DNA of 64,000 nucleotides from Pseudomonadota bacterium (GTDB lineage Bacteria; Pseudomonadota; Gammaproteobacteria; Magnimaribacterales; D2472), in NCBI GenBank assembly GCA_028404565.1, contig JAOOBR010000002.1:25848-89847 (forward strand), read 5' to 3'. Under the pieces are notes generated by a model. The model made no database searches, was not told the origin of the DNA, and was given only the letters and a program-made list of their open reading frames with translations. Numbering within the stretch: position 1 is the first letter of the stretch; each line of letters starts with the position of its first letter. Shown here in pieces: positions 28,460 through 37,831 of the stretch. The position numbers were made by a program, and so were the translations under genes.

Positions 28460-29532
28460 AATCACTCAGTGACAAGCTAACTTTTACTTCTGGTCACCAA
28501 ATGAAAAATAGATTTATGCTTGCTCCCCTCACTAATACACAAAGTCATGAAGATGGAGTGCTTTCAGATGATGAATATCATTGGCTGACAAAGAGGGCAG
28601 AAGGTGGCTTTGGTATAACGATGTCTTGTGCATCTCATGTTCAAGAAATAGGCAAAGGATTTCCTGGACAGCTAGGAATTTTTGATGACAAGCATATTGA
28701 TGGTTTAACAAAGCTTACTACTGAAATTAAAAAACATGAAAGCCTAGCAATTGCTCAACTTCATCATGCCGGAATGCGTTCACCAGAGGAACTTATAAAT
28801 ACCCAACCTGTATGTCCATCAGATGATAGCAATACAGGTGCAAGAAGTTTATCTTTTGAAGAAGTCATACAACTTCGAGATGACTTTATAGCTGCAGCGG
28901 TTAGGGCTAAAAAATCTGGCTATCAAGGTGTTGAAATACACGGAGCCCATGGTTATATACTTTCTCAATTTTTATCATCCGAAATTAATAGACGTCAGGA
29001 TGAATACGGTGGCTCTAATGAAAACAGATCAAGGATTATTTTTGAGATAGTTGAGGGCATAAGAAAAGACTGTGGCAAAGATTTTGTTTTAGGGGTTCGA
29101 CTTTCACCAGAAGGATTTGGATTAAAGCTTGGAGAAATAAAAGAGGTATGTGAGGAACTTATAGCCTTAAATAATATTGATTTTTTAGATATGTCACTTT
29201 GGGATTCGTTTAAAGATCCTAATGAAGAAGAACATAAAGGAAAAAATTTATTACAACATTTTACAGACATGGATTTTGGCAACACAATGCTTACAGTAGC
29301 CGGCAACATAAGATCAGGCGAAAGTGTAATGAAAATATTAGAAAAGGATGTTGATTTCGTAACAGTGGGAAGAGCTGGCATACTTCATCATGACTTTCCT
29401 AAGAGAGTGATAGCAGATGAAAGTTTTGAACCAATAGAGCTTCCCGTTTCTAAAGAGCATCTAACCCAAGAAGGCTTAAGTGAAACTTTCATAAAATATA
29501 TGCAGAGATGGCAAGGTTTTGTTGAAGAATAA
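28456..29532 (+). CDS. NADH:flavin oxidoreductase (Old Yellow Enzyme family)
   Basis: 358 aa. ...APLTN..., HHAG, and GVEIHGAHGYILSQFLS motifs. Confidence 0.82.
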   Translation: MKSLSDKLTFTSGHQMKNRFMLAPLTNTQSHEDGVLSDDEYHWLTKRAEGGFGITMSCASHVQEIGKGFPGQLGIFDDKHIDGLTKLTTEIKKHESLAIAQLHHAGMRSPEELINTQPVCPSDDSNTGARSLSFEEVIQLRDDFIAAAVRAKKSGYQGVEIHGAHGYILSQFLSSEINRRQDEYGGSNENRSRIIFEIVEGIRKDCGKDFVLGVRLSPEGFGLKLGEIKEVCEELIALNNIDFLDMSLWDSFKDPNEEEHKGKNLLQHFTDMDFGNTMLTVAGNIRSGESVMKILEKDVDFVTVGRAGILHHDFPKRVIADESFEPIELPVSKEHLTQEGLSETFIKYMQRWQGFVEE

Positions 29533-29538
29533 AAGATT

Positions 29539-30228
29539 ATGAAGCTTTATCTTTTATTTGCCCTTTTAATAATTCCATTAGAATTACTTTCTCTAAATCT
29601 TTATGAGCTAGACCCTAATAAGGAATATCTTAAATCTGGCCAGAAGCTTATGGATCTCGATTTTGGTCTTCATGATCTTGAAGCTAACTCAATAGGCAAA
29701 GAAATTCTGATTAGCATCCATGGGCGGGACAGCAGAGGATTTGAATGGATCTACCCACTTCAGACTATAGATAATGAAGTTACGAAGACTTATTTTTTTC
29801 GATGGGATACAACAAAATGTCCACAAAAGACTATTCCAATCCTTATGAAAGAAATATCAGCAATGAAAGATATAAAAAAAATTACAATTTTGGGACATAG
29901 TTATGGAGGCATACTTTCTTCATTATTACTAAATGAGATAGAGGCTATAGAAACAGAGATTCATGTTATAGCTGCACCTTTAGGCAGTAGTGACTTAAAA
30001 AAATACTGCGGTTATAAACATCCAACATCAAAAAATAATAATGTTTCCTACTACCAATGGAGAACGGTTAAAAAACTTGATTATGCTTTTAATAGCTTTG
30101 ATTATGACCCTCAGTTAATAGATTTCAAAGAATCCAGTGTTGTTAGGCTTCCAAGTCAATATAGAGGAAAAAGATTAGGACATCTTTGGTCAATTAGTTG
30201 GGTAGCAGATAATATTAATCTAGATTAG
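29539..30228 (+). CDS. Alpha/beta-hydrolase (lipase/esterase-like), secreted
   Basis: 229 aa with a signal peptide and a GHSYGG nucleophile elbow. Confidence 0.55.
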   Translation: MKLYLLFALLIIPLELLSLNLYELDPNKEYLKSGQKLMDLDFGLHDLEANSIGKEILISIHGRDSRGFEWIYPLQTIDNEVTKTYFFRWDTTKCPQKTIPILMKEISAMKDIKKITILGHSYGGILSSLLLNEIEAIETEIHVIAAPLGSSDLKKYCGYKHPTSKNNNVSYYQWRTVKKLDYAFNSFDYDPQLIDFKESSVVRLPSQYRGKRLGHLWSISWVADNINLD

Positions 30229-30291
30229 TGACTTCAATACCAAGTCATCATAAAAATGACAATCCAAAACCTTTTTTGTAAACTTTTAAGC

Positions 30292-31584
30292 ATGCAAATA
30301 AAGAAATTTTTATTTATACCAATAATTCTCATCTCGGGGTTTTTGGCTGCTCAAGACCTAAAAGAGAAACTTCAGGCTGATCTAGATCCTTTAATGGAAA
30401 AAGTTATTGAATGGCGTCATGATATCCATGAGTTTCCTGAGCTAGGCAATAGAGAGTTTAGAACTTCAAAAAAAGTTGCTGAGCACTTAGTATCCCTTGG
30501 CATAGAGGTTGAAACCGGAATTGCTTATACCGGAGTTGTTGGATTAATAAGAGGCGGCAAACCTGGACCAACAATAGCCCTAAGAGCAGATATGGATGCA
30601 CTTCCGGTTACTGAACAAACAGGATTGCCTTTCGCTTCGAAGCAAAGAACAACATATTTAGGTCAAGATGTCGGAGTTATGCATGCATGTGGTCATGATG
30701 CTCATGTTGCTATCTTGATGGGAGCTGCTGAATTTCTTGCTAAAAATAAAAAGAATCTAAAAGGAAATATAATGCTTATATTTCAGCCAGCTGAAGAGGG
30801 TGCCCCTGAGGGTGAGGGCGGTGGTGCTGAACTTATGCTTGCTGAAGGAATATTTGATAGATATAAGCCTGAAGTAATATTCGGACTTCATGTCACTAAT
30901 TCACGACATGGCCATCTTGGTGTTCTGCCTGGACCGGCAATGGCCGCTGCATCTTCTTATAGAATCACCGTTAATGGCGTTCAAGCACACGGATCAAGAC
31001 CATGGGATAGCATCGATCCAATTATGGCTACAGCACAATTAATTGAGTCATTAAATACAGTTGTAAGCAGAAGAATAAATATTATTAACAACCCTGCAGT
31101 AATTTCAGTAGGAATGGTTCAAGCTGGAACTAGGAACAATATTATTCCTGATAAATCACAGATTACAGGAACGATCAGAACATTCGATTCAGACTTGCGT
31201 GCTGAGATTTATGATGAGATTAGACAGATAGCTCGAGGAGTTGCAGAGGGAACTGGAACAAAGGTTGATGTAGAGTTTGATGTCGGAGGTTTTTATCCAG
31301 TTACTTTTAACAACGTAGAATTAACAAATAAATATGCGCAGACACTGTCAGAAGCTGCTGATGGGAAATTTTTTATTCTTGATAAACCTACGACGGGTGC
31401 TGAGGATTTTTCTTTTTTTTCCCAACAAATACCAGGTATGTATTTTTGGTTAGGTGTAAATGAGCCAGGTGTTGATGTAGCTCCTGGAAATCACACTCCA
31501 TTCTTTAAAATAGATGATCGAGCTTTAGATGAAGGAGTTAAAGCAATGGTTTATTTAGCTCTAGATTACGCAAGCAACAACTAA
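30292..31584 (+). CDS. M20D-family amidohydrolase (N-acyl-amino acid amidohydrolase/hippuricase-like), secreted
   Basis: Start placed at MQIKKFLF... (the track start 30256 is also possible). HEFPELG, MHACGHDAH and FQPAEEG motifs. Confidence 0.8.
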   Translation: MQIKKFLFIPIILISGFLAAQDLKEKLQADLDPLMEKVIEWRHDIHEFPELGNREFRTSKKVAEHLVSLGIEVETGIAYTGVVGLIRGGKPGPTIALRADMDALPVTEQTGLPFASKQRTTYLGQDVGVMHACGHDAHVAILMGAAEFLAKNKKNLKGNIMLIFQPAEEGAPEGEGGGAELMLAEGIFDRYKPEVIFGLHVTNSRHGHLGVLPGPAMAAASSYRITVNGVQAHGSRPWDSIDPIMATAQLIESLNTVVSRRINIINNPAVISVGMVQAGTRNNIIPDKSQITGTIRTFDSDLRAEIYDEIRQIARGVAEGTGTKVDVEFDVGGFYPVTFNNVELTNKYAQTLSEAADGKFFILDKPTTGAEDFSFFSQQIPGMYFWLGVNEPGVDVAPGNHTPFFKIDDRALDEGVKAMVYLALDYASNN

Positions 31585-32213
31585 AATCCATAAGCAGCTG
31601 GATTAACAACAAAGTCGAAAGACTTAGAAGGCTCACAGCTATCAAAATCACCTGAATAATATCCTATTTCCAGATGGAGATGTCTTCCATCACTTCTTCC
31701 AGAGTTGCCCATAAGTCCAACGACTTCATCTTTATTAACTTTATCCCCAACTCTTTTATAAACTCCGTCAAACCTCATGTGACCATATCTTGAATAAATA
31801 TTATTTCCATGATCAATTACTAAATGATTGCCCCAGCCTGCACCACACTCCCGCAAAATTGTATTATCTGAAAACTGTGTGCTTGATGGACATCCAGTCC
31901 TGGCATAAACAACAACTCCCTCAGCTATTGTGTGTATCGGTATATCAGATAAATCTTTATCAATATTGAATAAATCCAAGCCCTCGTGTTCAGCAAGATC
32001 TTCTAAAGAACCACTAAACTCTCCTCTAGTTTGATAGGTAGCTATGAACGAAGAAAAATCTAGATTAATATCTTTTTCTCCAACAATTTGAACATTAGCA
32101 AATTCCTCCTCTTGGCTTTCATATTCCAAACAAGCCTGATTTTCTTTTTCCTGCGAGCAAGAAAATATGAGAATAGAAAAAAAAATTAAAAATAGATTAA
32201 AACGGTTATTCAT
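31581..32213 (-). CDS. M23-family metallopeptidase lipoprotein
   Basis: 210 aa. Lipobox ...IFSCS, then HxxxD-type and GNSGRSDGRHLHLE motifs. Confidence 0.72.
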   Translation of the reverse strand: MNNRFNLFLIFFSILIFSCSQEKENQACLEYESQEEEFANVQIVGEKDINLDFSSFIATYQTRGEFSGSLEDLAEHEGLDLFNIDKDLSDIPIHTIAEGVVVYARTGCPSSTQFSDNTILRECGAGWGNHLVIDHGNNIYSRYGHMRFDGVYKRVGDKVNKDEVVGLMGNSGRSDGRHLHLEIGYYSGDFDSCEPSKSFDFVVNPAAYGF

Positions 32214-32257
32214 TTACTGGTATATTAAGTTTTTAATTCTATTACCTAGGAGCTTAT

Positions 32258-33235
32258 ATGCCTATACCAGATTCAATAAAAGATAATATTTCTATACCCG
32301 TCATTGGAGCACCTTTATTTCTTATCTCTGTTCCGGACTTGGTAATAGCACAATGTAAAGCTGGGATAATTGGATCTTTTCCAGCACTTAATGCACGACC
32401 ACAACATGTGCTAGAAGAATGGATTATAAGAATTAAAACAGAATTAAAAGAGTATCAAGAACAAAACCCGGATAAAAAAGTAGCGCCTTATGCAGTAAAC
32501 CAAATCTGTCATGGATCAAACGATAGATTGCAAGGCGATATGGAAATTTGTGTAAAGCATGAGGTACCAATAATCATTACTTCATTGAGACCACCTGCAG
32601 AAGTCGTTGAGGCGGCCCATAGCTATGGAGGCTTAGTTTTCCACGACGTTATTAATGTAAGGCATGCAAAAAAAGCTGCTGATATGGGCGTCGATGGCTT
32701 AATTTTAGTTTGCGCTGGAGCAGGAGGTCATGCAGGAGCATTATCTCCTTTTGCTCTTCTAAGAGAAGTAAAATCTTGGTTCGATGGAACTATTATTTTG
32801 TCTGGCTCTATAGGAGATGGTTATTCTGTTGCATCCGCGCTCGCACTCGGTGCTGATTTCGCTTATTTAGGCACAAGATTCATTGCAACACATGAAGCAA
32901 ATGCTGAGCCAGAATATAAACAGATGTTAATTGAAAGCTCTGCTAACGATATTGTGTATTCAAATTTATTTACTGGTGTCCTAGGTAACTACCTCAAGCC
33001 TTCCATTCAAAATGCTGGCCTTGACCCAGACAATCTTCCAACTGCAGATAAATCTGCAATGAACTTCGGCTCTGGTGGGAATACAGATTCGAAGGCATGG
33101 AAAGACATCTGGGGATCAGGTCAAGGAATTGGTCTTATAGAAGACGCCCCAACTGTTGAATCTTTAGTCGAAAGAATAAGAGCTGAGTTCGGTGAGGCTA
33201 CTTCAGAGTTTAACAATAAAGCAAAAATTTCATGA
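32258..33235 (+). CDS. Nitronate monooxygenase / NAD(P)H-dependent flavin oxidoreductase (NMO family)
   Basis: 325 aa. ...IGAPLFLIS..., GVDGLILVCAGAGGH, and a TIM-barrel FMN-binding pattern. Confidence 0.75.
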   Translation: MPIPDSIKDNISIPVIGAPLFLISVPDLVIAQCKAGIIGSFPALNARPQHVLEEWIIRIKTELKEYQEQNPDKKVAPYAVNQICHGSNDRLQGDMEICVKHEVPIIITSLRPPAEVVEAAHSYGGLVFHDVINVRHAKKAADMGVDGLILVCAGAGGHAGALSPFALLREVKSWFDGTIILSGSIGDGYSVASALALGADFAYLGTRFIATHEANAEPEYKQMLIESSANDIVYSNLFTGVLGNYLKPSIQNAGLDPDNLPTADKSAMNFGSGGNTDSKAWKDIWGSGQGIGLIEDAPTVESLVERIRAEFGEATSEFNNKAKIS

Positions 33236-33879
33236 AAATAGATCTGTATTTTTCATATAGAAGCCCTTATTCATATTTGATACTTCCTAGAATGCTTAAG
33301 CTTAAAGAGAAGTATGATATTGAAATAAACTTTAAGGTTGTTTATCCAATAGCTATTAGAATGCCTGAGTGGTTTGAAGGTAAGAATTTTTTTACATTTT
33401 TCTTTTTTAAAATGATAGATATGAGACTACAAGCTAAAAAGCTTGGGATCCCTTTTACATCGAAACTTAAACCAGATCCTATTAGGCAAAATATTATGAC
33501 TGGGAAGATATCAAGTCATCAGCCTTACATATTTGATATTTGTCATTTAGGACAAATGGCACAAATGAAAGGTGTTGGCATGGAGTTTGCTTTTGAAGTT
33601 TCAAGTTTAATCTTTGGAGGAGTTGAGAACTGGAATACTGACAAAAATTTATCAGAAGCTGCCAAAAAAGTCGGATTAGATCTTAATCAATTAAGGGAAA
33701 GTGTTAACGTTCATGAAGAAGAAATCATTGGACAAATCAAACAAAACCAAGTCGATCAATTGAATGCAGGCCATCATGGAGTCCCATTAACAGTTATTGG
33801 AGACAAGCATTTTTTTGGTCAGGATCAATTTGATAAAATAATGAAAACACTCAAAGAAAACGGACTCAAAGAAAGATAA
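33232..33879 (+). CDS. 2-hydroxychromene-2-carboxylate isomerase / DsbA-like thioredoxin-fold protein
   Basis: 215 aa. N-terminus ...DLYFSYRSPYSY... and C-terminus ...GVPLTVIGDKHFFGQDQ... are typical of HCCA isomerase-family proteins. Confidence 0.6.
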   Translation: MKIDLYFSYRSPYSYLILPRMLKLKEKYDIEINFKVVYPIAIRMPEWFEGKNFFTFFFFKMIDMRLQAKKLGIPFTSKLKPDPIRQNIMTGKISSHQPYIFDICHLGQMAQMKGVGMEFAFEVSSLIFGGVENWNTDKNLSEAAKKVGLDLNQLRESVNVHEEEIIGQIKQNQVDQLNAGHHGVPLTVIGDKHFFGQDQFDKIMKTLKENGLKER

Positions 33880-33883
33880 CCAG

Positions 33884-34759
33884 ATGCTAAAAGTTGGGTT
33901 TATAGGTCTTGGAACTATGGGGTTCCCGATCGCAGGCCACATATCAAAGTCTTACAAAACTCTTGTATTTAATAGAACAATAAACAAATCACACAAATGG
34001 ACTTTAGAATTTGAGGGGGAGATATGTGAATCTGTAAAAGAGATTGCTTTAAAATCTGAGGTAATCTTTCTATGTCTCAGTGAAGATAGAGATATTGAAG
34101 AAGTTGTTTTAGGTAGTGATGGAATCCTGGAACACTTAAATGGGGGAACTATAGTAGTTGATCATTCAACAACCTCTGTTGATACGGCGACCTTAATAAG
34201 TAGAGAGCTTCTAAAAAAAGATTCTATTTTTTTAGATGCTCCTGTCTCAGGAGGTGAGGCTGGAGCACAAAACGGTACACTTTCGGTAATGATAGGTGGA
34301 GACGACTTAGCTTATAAAAAAATATCTCCAGTTCTTGATTGCTATTCAGCTTTCCATAAATATATGGGCATATCAGGGAATGGACAATTAACAAAAATGA
34401 TTAATCAGATCTGTATTGCCGGTCTCCTTCAAGCGCTTGCGGAAGCAGCTAGCTTTTCAAAAAAGTCTGGCATCTCATCAAAAGATGTATTAGATGTCAT
34501 TTCAAAAGGAGCAGCGCAGTCTTGGCAAATGGAAAATAGGTGGGATTCAATGATTGATGATCAATATAATTTTGGTTTTGCAGTCGATTTAATGGTTAAG
34601 GACTTAGAAATAGTATCAAAGTTTTCAAAAAAAATTGGCGCAAACATATCTGTTACTGAAATGATAAAATCATATTATAAAGAACTTCAAGATATGGGAG
34701 CAGGCAAGCTTGATACCTCGAGTTTACTGAAGCGACTGGATGAGAAAGACCACAACTAG
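33884..34759 (+). CDS. NAD(P)-dependent 3-hydroxyisobutyrate/6-phosphogluconate dehydrogenase-family oxidoreductase
   Basis: 291 aa. VGFIGLGTMG Rossmann motif and DAPVSGG. Confidence 0.8.
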   Translation: MLKVGFIGLGTMGFPIAGHISKSYKTLVFNRTINKSHKWTLEFEGEICESVKEIALKSEVIFLCLSEDRDIEEVVLGSDGILEHLNGGTIVVDHSTTSVDTATLISRELLKKDSIFLDAPVSGGEAGAQNGTLSVMIGGDDLAYKKISPVLDCYSAFHKYMGISGNGQLTKMINQICIAGLLQALAEAASFSKKSGISSKDVLDVISKGAAQSWQMENRWDSMIDDQYNFGFAVDLMVKDLEIVSKFSKKIGANISVTEMIKSYYKELQDMGAGKLDTSSLLKRLDEKDHN

Positions 34760-36092
34760 ACTCAATTTTTTTATTCTTTTCCTATTATTTGTTTATTCAT
34801 GTAGTGGAGGATCAAACTCTTCTAGTTCGGAAATTGTTGAGCCCGCTGTTTTTCCTGAGCACCCACTTGTTTGGGAAGTTACTTCCCCTAGTTCTGTAAA
34901 TATGAACGAAGAAAAATTAAACTCTGCTTTTAATTACGCTTTTGCCGATGGGACTTTTACTCAATCAGTTATCGTAATCAAGGATGGTAAACTGGTTCAT
35001 GAAAGATATAGAGGTATTTTAGAAGGAGAGACCAATTCAATAGCAAGCTCTACAACTCTCGATGCTGCAACTTTACAATTTATTTTTGGTGAGAGAGATC
35101 AACAAAGCCTTTCTTCCTCCTGGTCGAGCGCTAAGTCGTTTACAAGCTTTCTTATTGGTATTGCTGAGTCACAAGGACTAATTTCATCTATAAATGATTC
35201 CGCATCTATGTATATTTCAGAGTGGGCGAATGATGAAAGATCTGAAATCACAATTAAAAACATTCTTGATATGAGGTCTGGACTCGAGCCTATGTGTTTT
35301 GACTTTGCTAACCAAAATCTTAGGGTATGCCAAAATCAATCAGACTCTGGATCTGGGGGTGATATCGTTTATTCAGATGATCAGCTTTCAGGCTGCATTA
35401 ATAGAAATCTTGCTGAGAGCGGAGTCATTCAGCCTTGGTACTCAACAACAGAGATTTATATTAGGGGAGACTTTAAATATTCAAATTGTGACACCATGAT
35501 TTTGGGAGAAATTATATTTCGTGCCACCGGTCAAGATGTTCAAACATTTGCTGACTATCAGCTTTTTTCAAAAATAAATATAGATGCCCTTTGGTGGAAA
35601 GACTTTGTTACTTCTGGTCAATCTAATGGAAATCTACTCGCATATTGCTGTTTAGACTCTAACGCGAGGGATTATGCAAAATTTGGTTATATGCTTTTAT
35701 TAGGAGGTATTTGGGAAGACGGAACTTTAAGTTATAACTCCTATGTAGATAAGATTAGAGAGCTAGAATACTATGGATTACAATTTTGGAAAGTTTGCGC
35801 AAAATCTCCTGATGTAAACGGAAATTGCCCCAATAATATCTTTATTCACTCTACAATTGGCTTTGACGGACAGTATATTATGATTGATTTTAATAGGAAC
35901 ATAGTTGTAGTCAGAAATAGTCTTTACGCGCCTATCTTAAATCTTTCAAACGAAAGAAAAATGAAATTAATACCATCAAGCCTTGATTCTTCTAACTGGA
36001 TCTTAACCTTGCCAAGAGCATCAGGAGCTGCAGTAAATAGCACCTTTAATGCCTCAGTCTTTTATGATTTGATTACGCAAGCTATTGAATAA
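34740..36092 (+). CDS. Serine hydrolase (beta-lactamase/transpeptidase-like) lipoprotein
   Basis: 450 aa. Lipobox VYSCS and an S-x-x-K motif (SSAK) in a beta-lactamase-family context. Confidence 0.6.
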   Translation: MRKTTTRLNFFILFLLFVYSCSGGSNSSSSEIVEPAVFPEHPLVWEVTSPSSVNMNEEKLNSAFNYAFADGTFTQSVIVIKDGKLVHERYRGILEGETNSIASSTTLDAATLQFIFGERDQQSLSSSWSSAKSFTSFLIGIAESQGLISSINDSASMYISEWANDERSEITIKNILDMRSGLEPMCFDFANQNLRVCQNQSDSGSGGDIVYSDDQLSGCINRNLAESGVIQPWYSTTEIYIRGDFKYSNCDTMILGEIIFRATGQDVQTFADYQLFSKINIDALWWKDFVTSGQSNGNLLAYCCLDSNARDYAKFGYMLLLGGIWEDGTLSYNSYVDKIRELEYYGLQFWKVCAKSPDVNGNCPNNIFIHSTIGFDGQYIMIDFNRNIVVVRNSLYAPILNLSNERKMKLIPSSLDSSNWILTLPRASGAAVNSTFNASVFYDLITQAIE

Positions 36093-36440
36093 TTAAGCAA
36101 AAAATACTAGTAAGAATCCAACAACTATGTAATAAGAAACTGTTGTTATCTCCATAATTTGCGAATCAAAAATTTCTGAAGAGTCTGAGATCTGATCTTT
36201 TAGGAAAATAATTGTAAAGATATTAGCTGCATGGATTACGAACAACAAAATAAAGAAAGCTGAGCTACTTAGGTAATAAGAAATCATAATAATGATTAAG
36301 AAAAAGAGCTCTAAGTACAATGTCTTAGTAAAATTTTTCTCTTTTAGAAAGTATTTTGTAAGGCTGTAATTCATTTGCCACGCAATAAAAAATATTAAGC
36401 CAGTAATTGAATAAATATAAGCAACTATATTTTCAACCAT
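36093..36440 (-). CDS. Hypothetical membrane protein
   Basis: 115 aa with four hydrophobic segments. ATGA-type coupling to the upstream MazG-like gene. Confidence 0.45.
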   Translation of the reverse strand: MVENIVAYIYSITGLIFFIAWQMNYSLTKYFLKEKNFTKTLYLELFFLIIIMISYYLSSSAFFILLFVIHAANIFTIIFLKDQISDSSEIFDSQIMEITTVSYYIVVGFLLVFFA

Positions 36441-36856
36441 TAAAGATCGCCTTCTTTTCTTACCTCACTTCTTTGTACTTCGAATTGTTCGCCATATCTT
36501 GCTTCTAACTTCTTTTGATTTTCAGCAATTACCTCATGTGGATCTAAATCAAGAGCTGCACATGCCGTAGCCCAATACCACATTATGTCGCCTAACTCTC
36601 TTTTCATATGAAAGATGTTTTCCTCTGAGGCAGGCTTACCTTGCAGATACATTTTCTTTACAATCTCAACAAATTCTCCAGTCTCACTGCCAAGGCCCAT
36701 TGCAGCAGTTAATAATCTTGCAGATTTAATATCAGAGGAAGCATCAATCTCTTTTAATCTTTCCATTAATGCATCAAGATCAAGACTAGGATCACTAGTT
36801 ACTTTAGTGACAAAGTCTGAATACGTTTTAAAAAAATCTTTTATTTCATTACTCAT
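36440..36856 (-). CDS. MazG-like nucleoside triphosphate pyrophosphohydrolase
   Basis: Start placed at MSNEIKD... ExxE-type motif region ...GSETGEFVEIVKK...ELGDIMWY... is typical of MazG. Confidence 0.65.
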   Translation of the reverse strand: MSNEIKDFFKTYSDFVTKVTSDPSLDLDALMERLKEIDASSDIKSARLLTAAMGLGSETGEFVEIVKKMYLQGKPASEENIFHMKRELGDIMWYWATACAALDLDPHEVIAENQKKLEARYGEQFEVQRSEVRKEGDL

Positions 36857-37778
36857 TAAATTTACTCTCATTTAGTCTAGAAACTGTTTGATTGAACTCA
36901 ACAACAGTTTCATTAATTATTTCTTCAACTGACTTTACTTTATCAATTAAACCCACTGATTGTCCTGCAAGTGCTGGAGCTGCTTCCATATCTCCATCAA
37001 AATATAAATTCTTAATGCCCATCATTTCGGACATTTCCATAACACCTTTTTCATAAATTGCATTTGTTAGGTTTGTTTTAAGTGCTCGAATGCAAGGCTT
37101 TGATTTCTTATTAAGAATTAAAGTTCCATTTGTTTCTGATCCAACAATTGTATTTTTGAAGTTATCATGAACAGGGCTCTCTTTGCTTGAAACAAATCTT
37201 GTTCCCATTTGGATGCCTTCAGCCCCAGCAGCAAATGCAGCTGCCATCCCAACTCCATCCACAATTCCACCAGCAGCTACAATTGGTAAGTCAATTTCAT
37301 TCTTAATTGCTTGAATTAAAACAAACAAACCAACCTCTTCAGGACTTTTAAAACCACCACCTTCAGTTCCTTCTACAACCAACCCATCAACACCAGCTTC
37401 AAAGGCTTTCTTTGCCCCAGCTAAACTTGGAACTGCATGGTAAACGGTAATATCTGCTGATTTTAGGACATCTATGTATTTTCCTGGATCTCCAGCAGAC
37501 GTTGTAACAAAATTAACACCATGCTCAACAATAAAATCTACCATTGTCGAATCACTTAAAAATAATAAAGGCAAATTTACTCCAAAAGGTTTATCAGTTA
37601 ACTCTGCCATTTTTTTGATTTCTTCTTTGCAAGCATCAACTTCTCCAGATGAGGTTTCTATTATTCCAAATCCACCTGCATTTGAGACAGCAGAAGCAAG
37701 TTTACTTCTTGCAATCCATCCCATTGGCGCTTGAATAATTGGGTACTTACTGCCTAAATGTTCAATAACTTTGTTCAT
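36849..37778 (-). CDS. Nitronate monooxygenase / FabK-like FMN oxidoreductase (second NMO paralog)
   Basis: 309 aa. ...YPIIQAPMGWI..., VDGLVVEGTEGGG, AAGGI. Confidence 0.75.
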   Translation of the reverse strand: MNKVIEHLGSKYPIIQAPMGWIARSKLASAVSNAGGFGIIETSSGEVDACKEEIKKMAELTDKPFGVNLPLLFLSDSTMVDFIVEHGVNFVTTSAGDPGKYIDVLKSADITVYHAVPSLAGAKKAFEAGVDGLVVEGTEGGGFKSPEEVGLFVLIQAIKNEIDLPIVAAGGIVDGVGMAAAFAAGAEGIQMGTRFVSSKESPVHDNFKNTIVGSETNGTLILNKKSKPCIRALKTNLTNAIYEKGVMEMSEMMGIKNLYFDGDMEAAPALAGQSVGLIDKVKSVEEIINETVVEFNQTVSRLNESKFNE

Positions 37779-37831
37779 AAAATTATATTAACACCCACAT
37801 GATTAGTTTCAATATATACTAAAACAAACAT

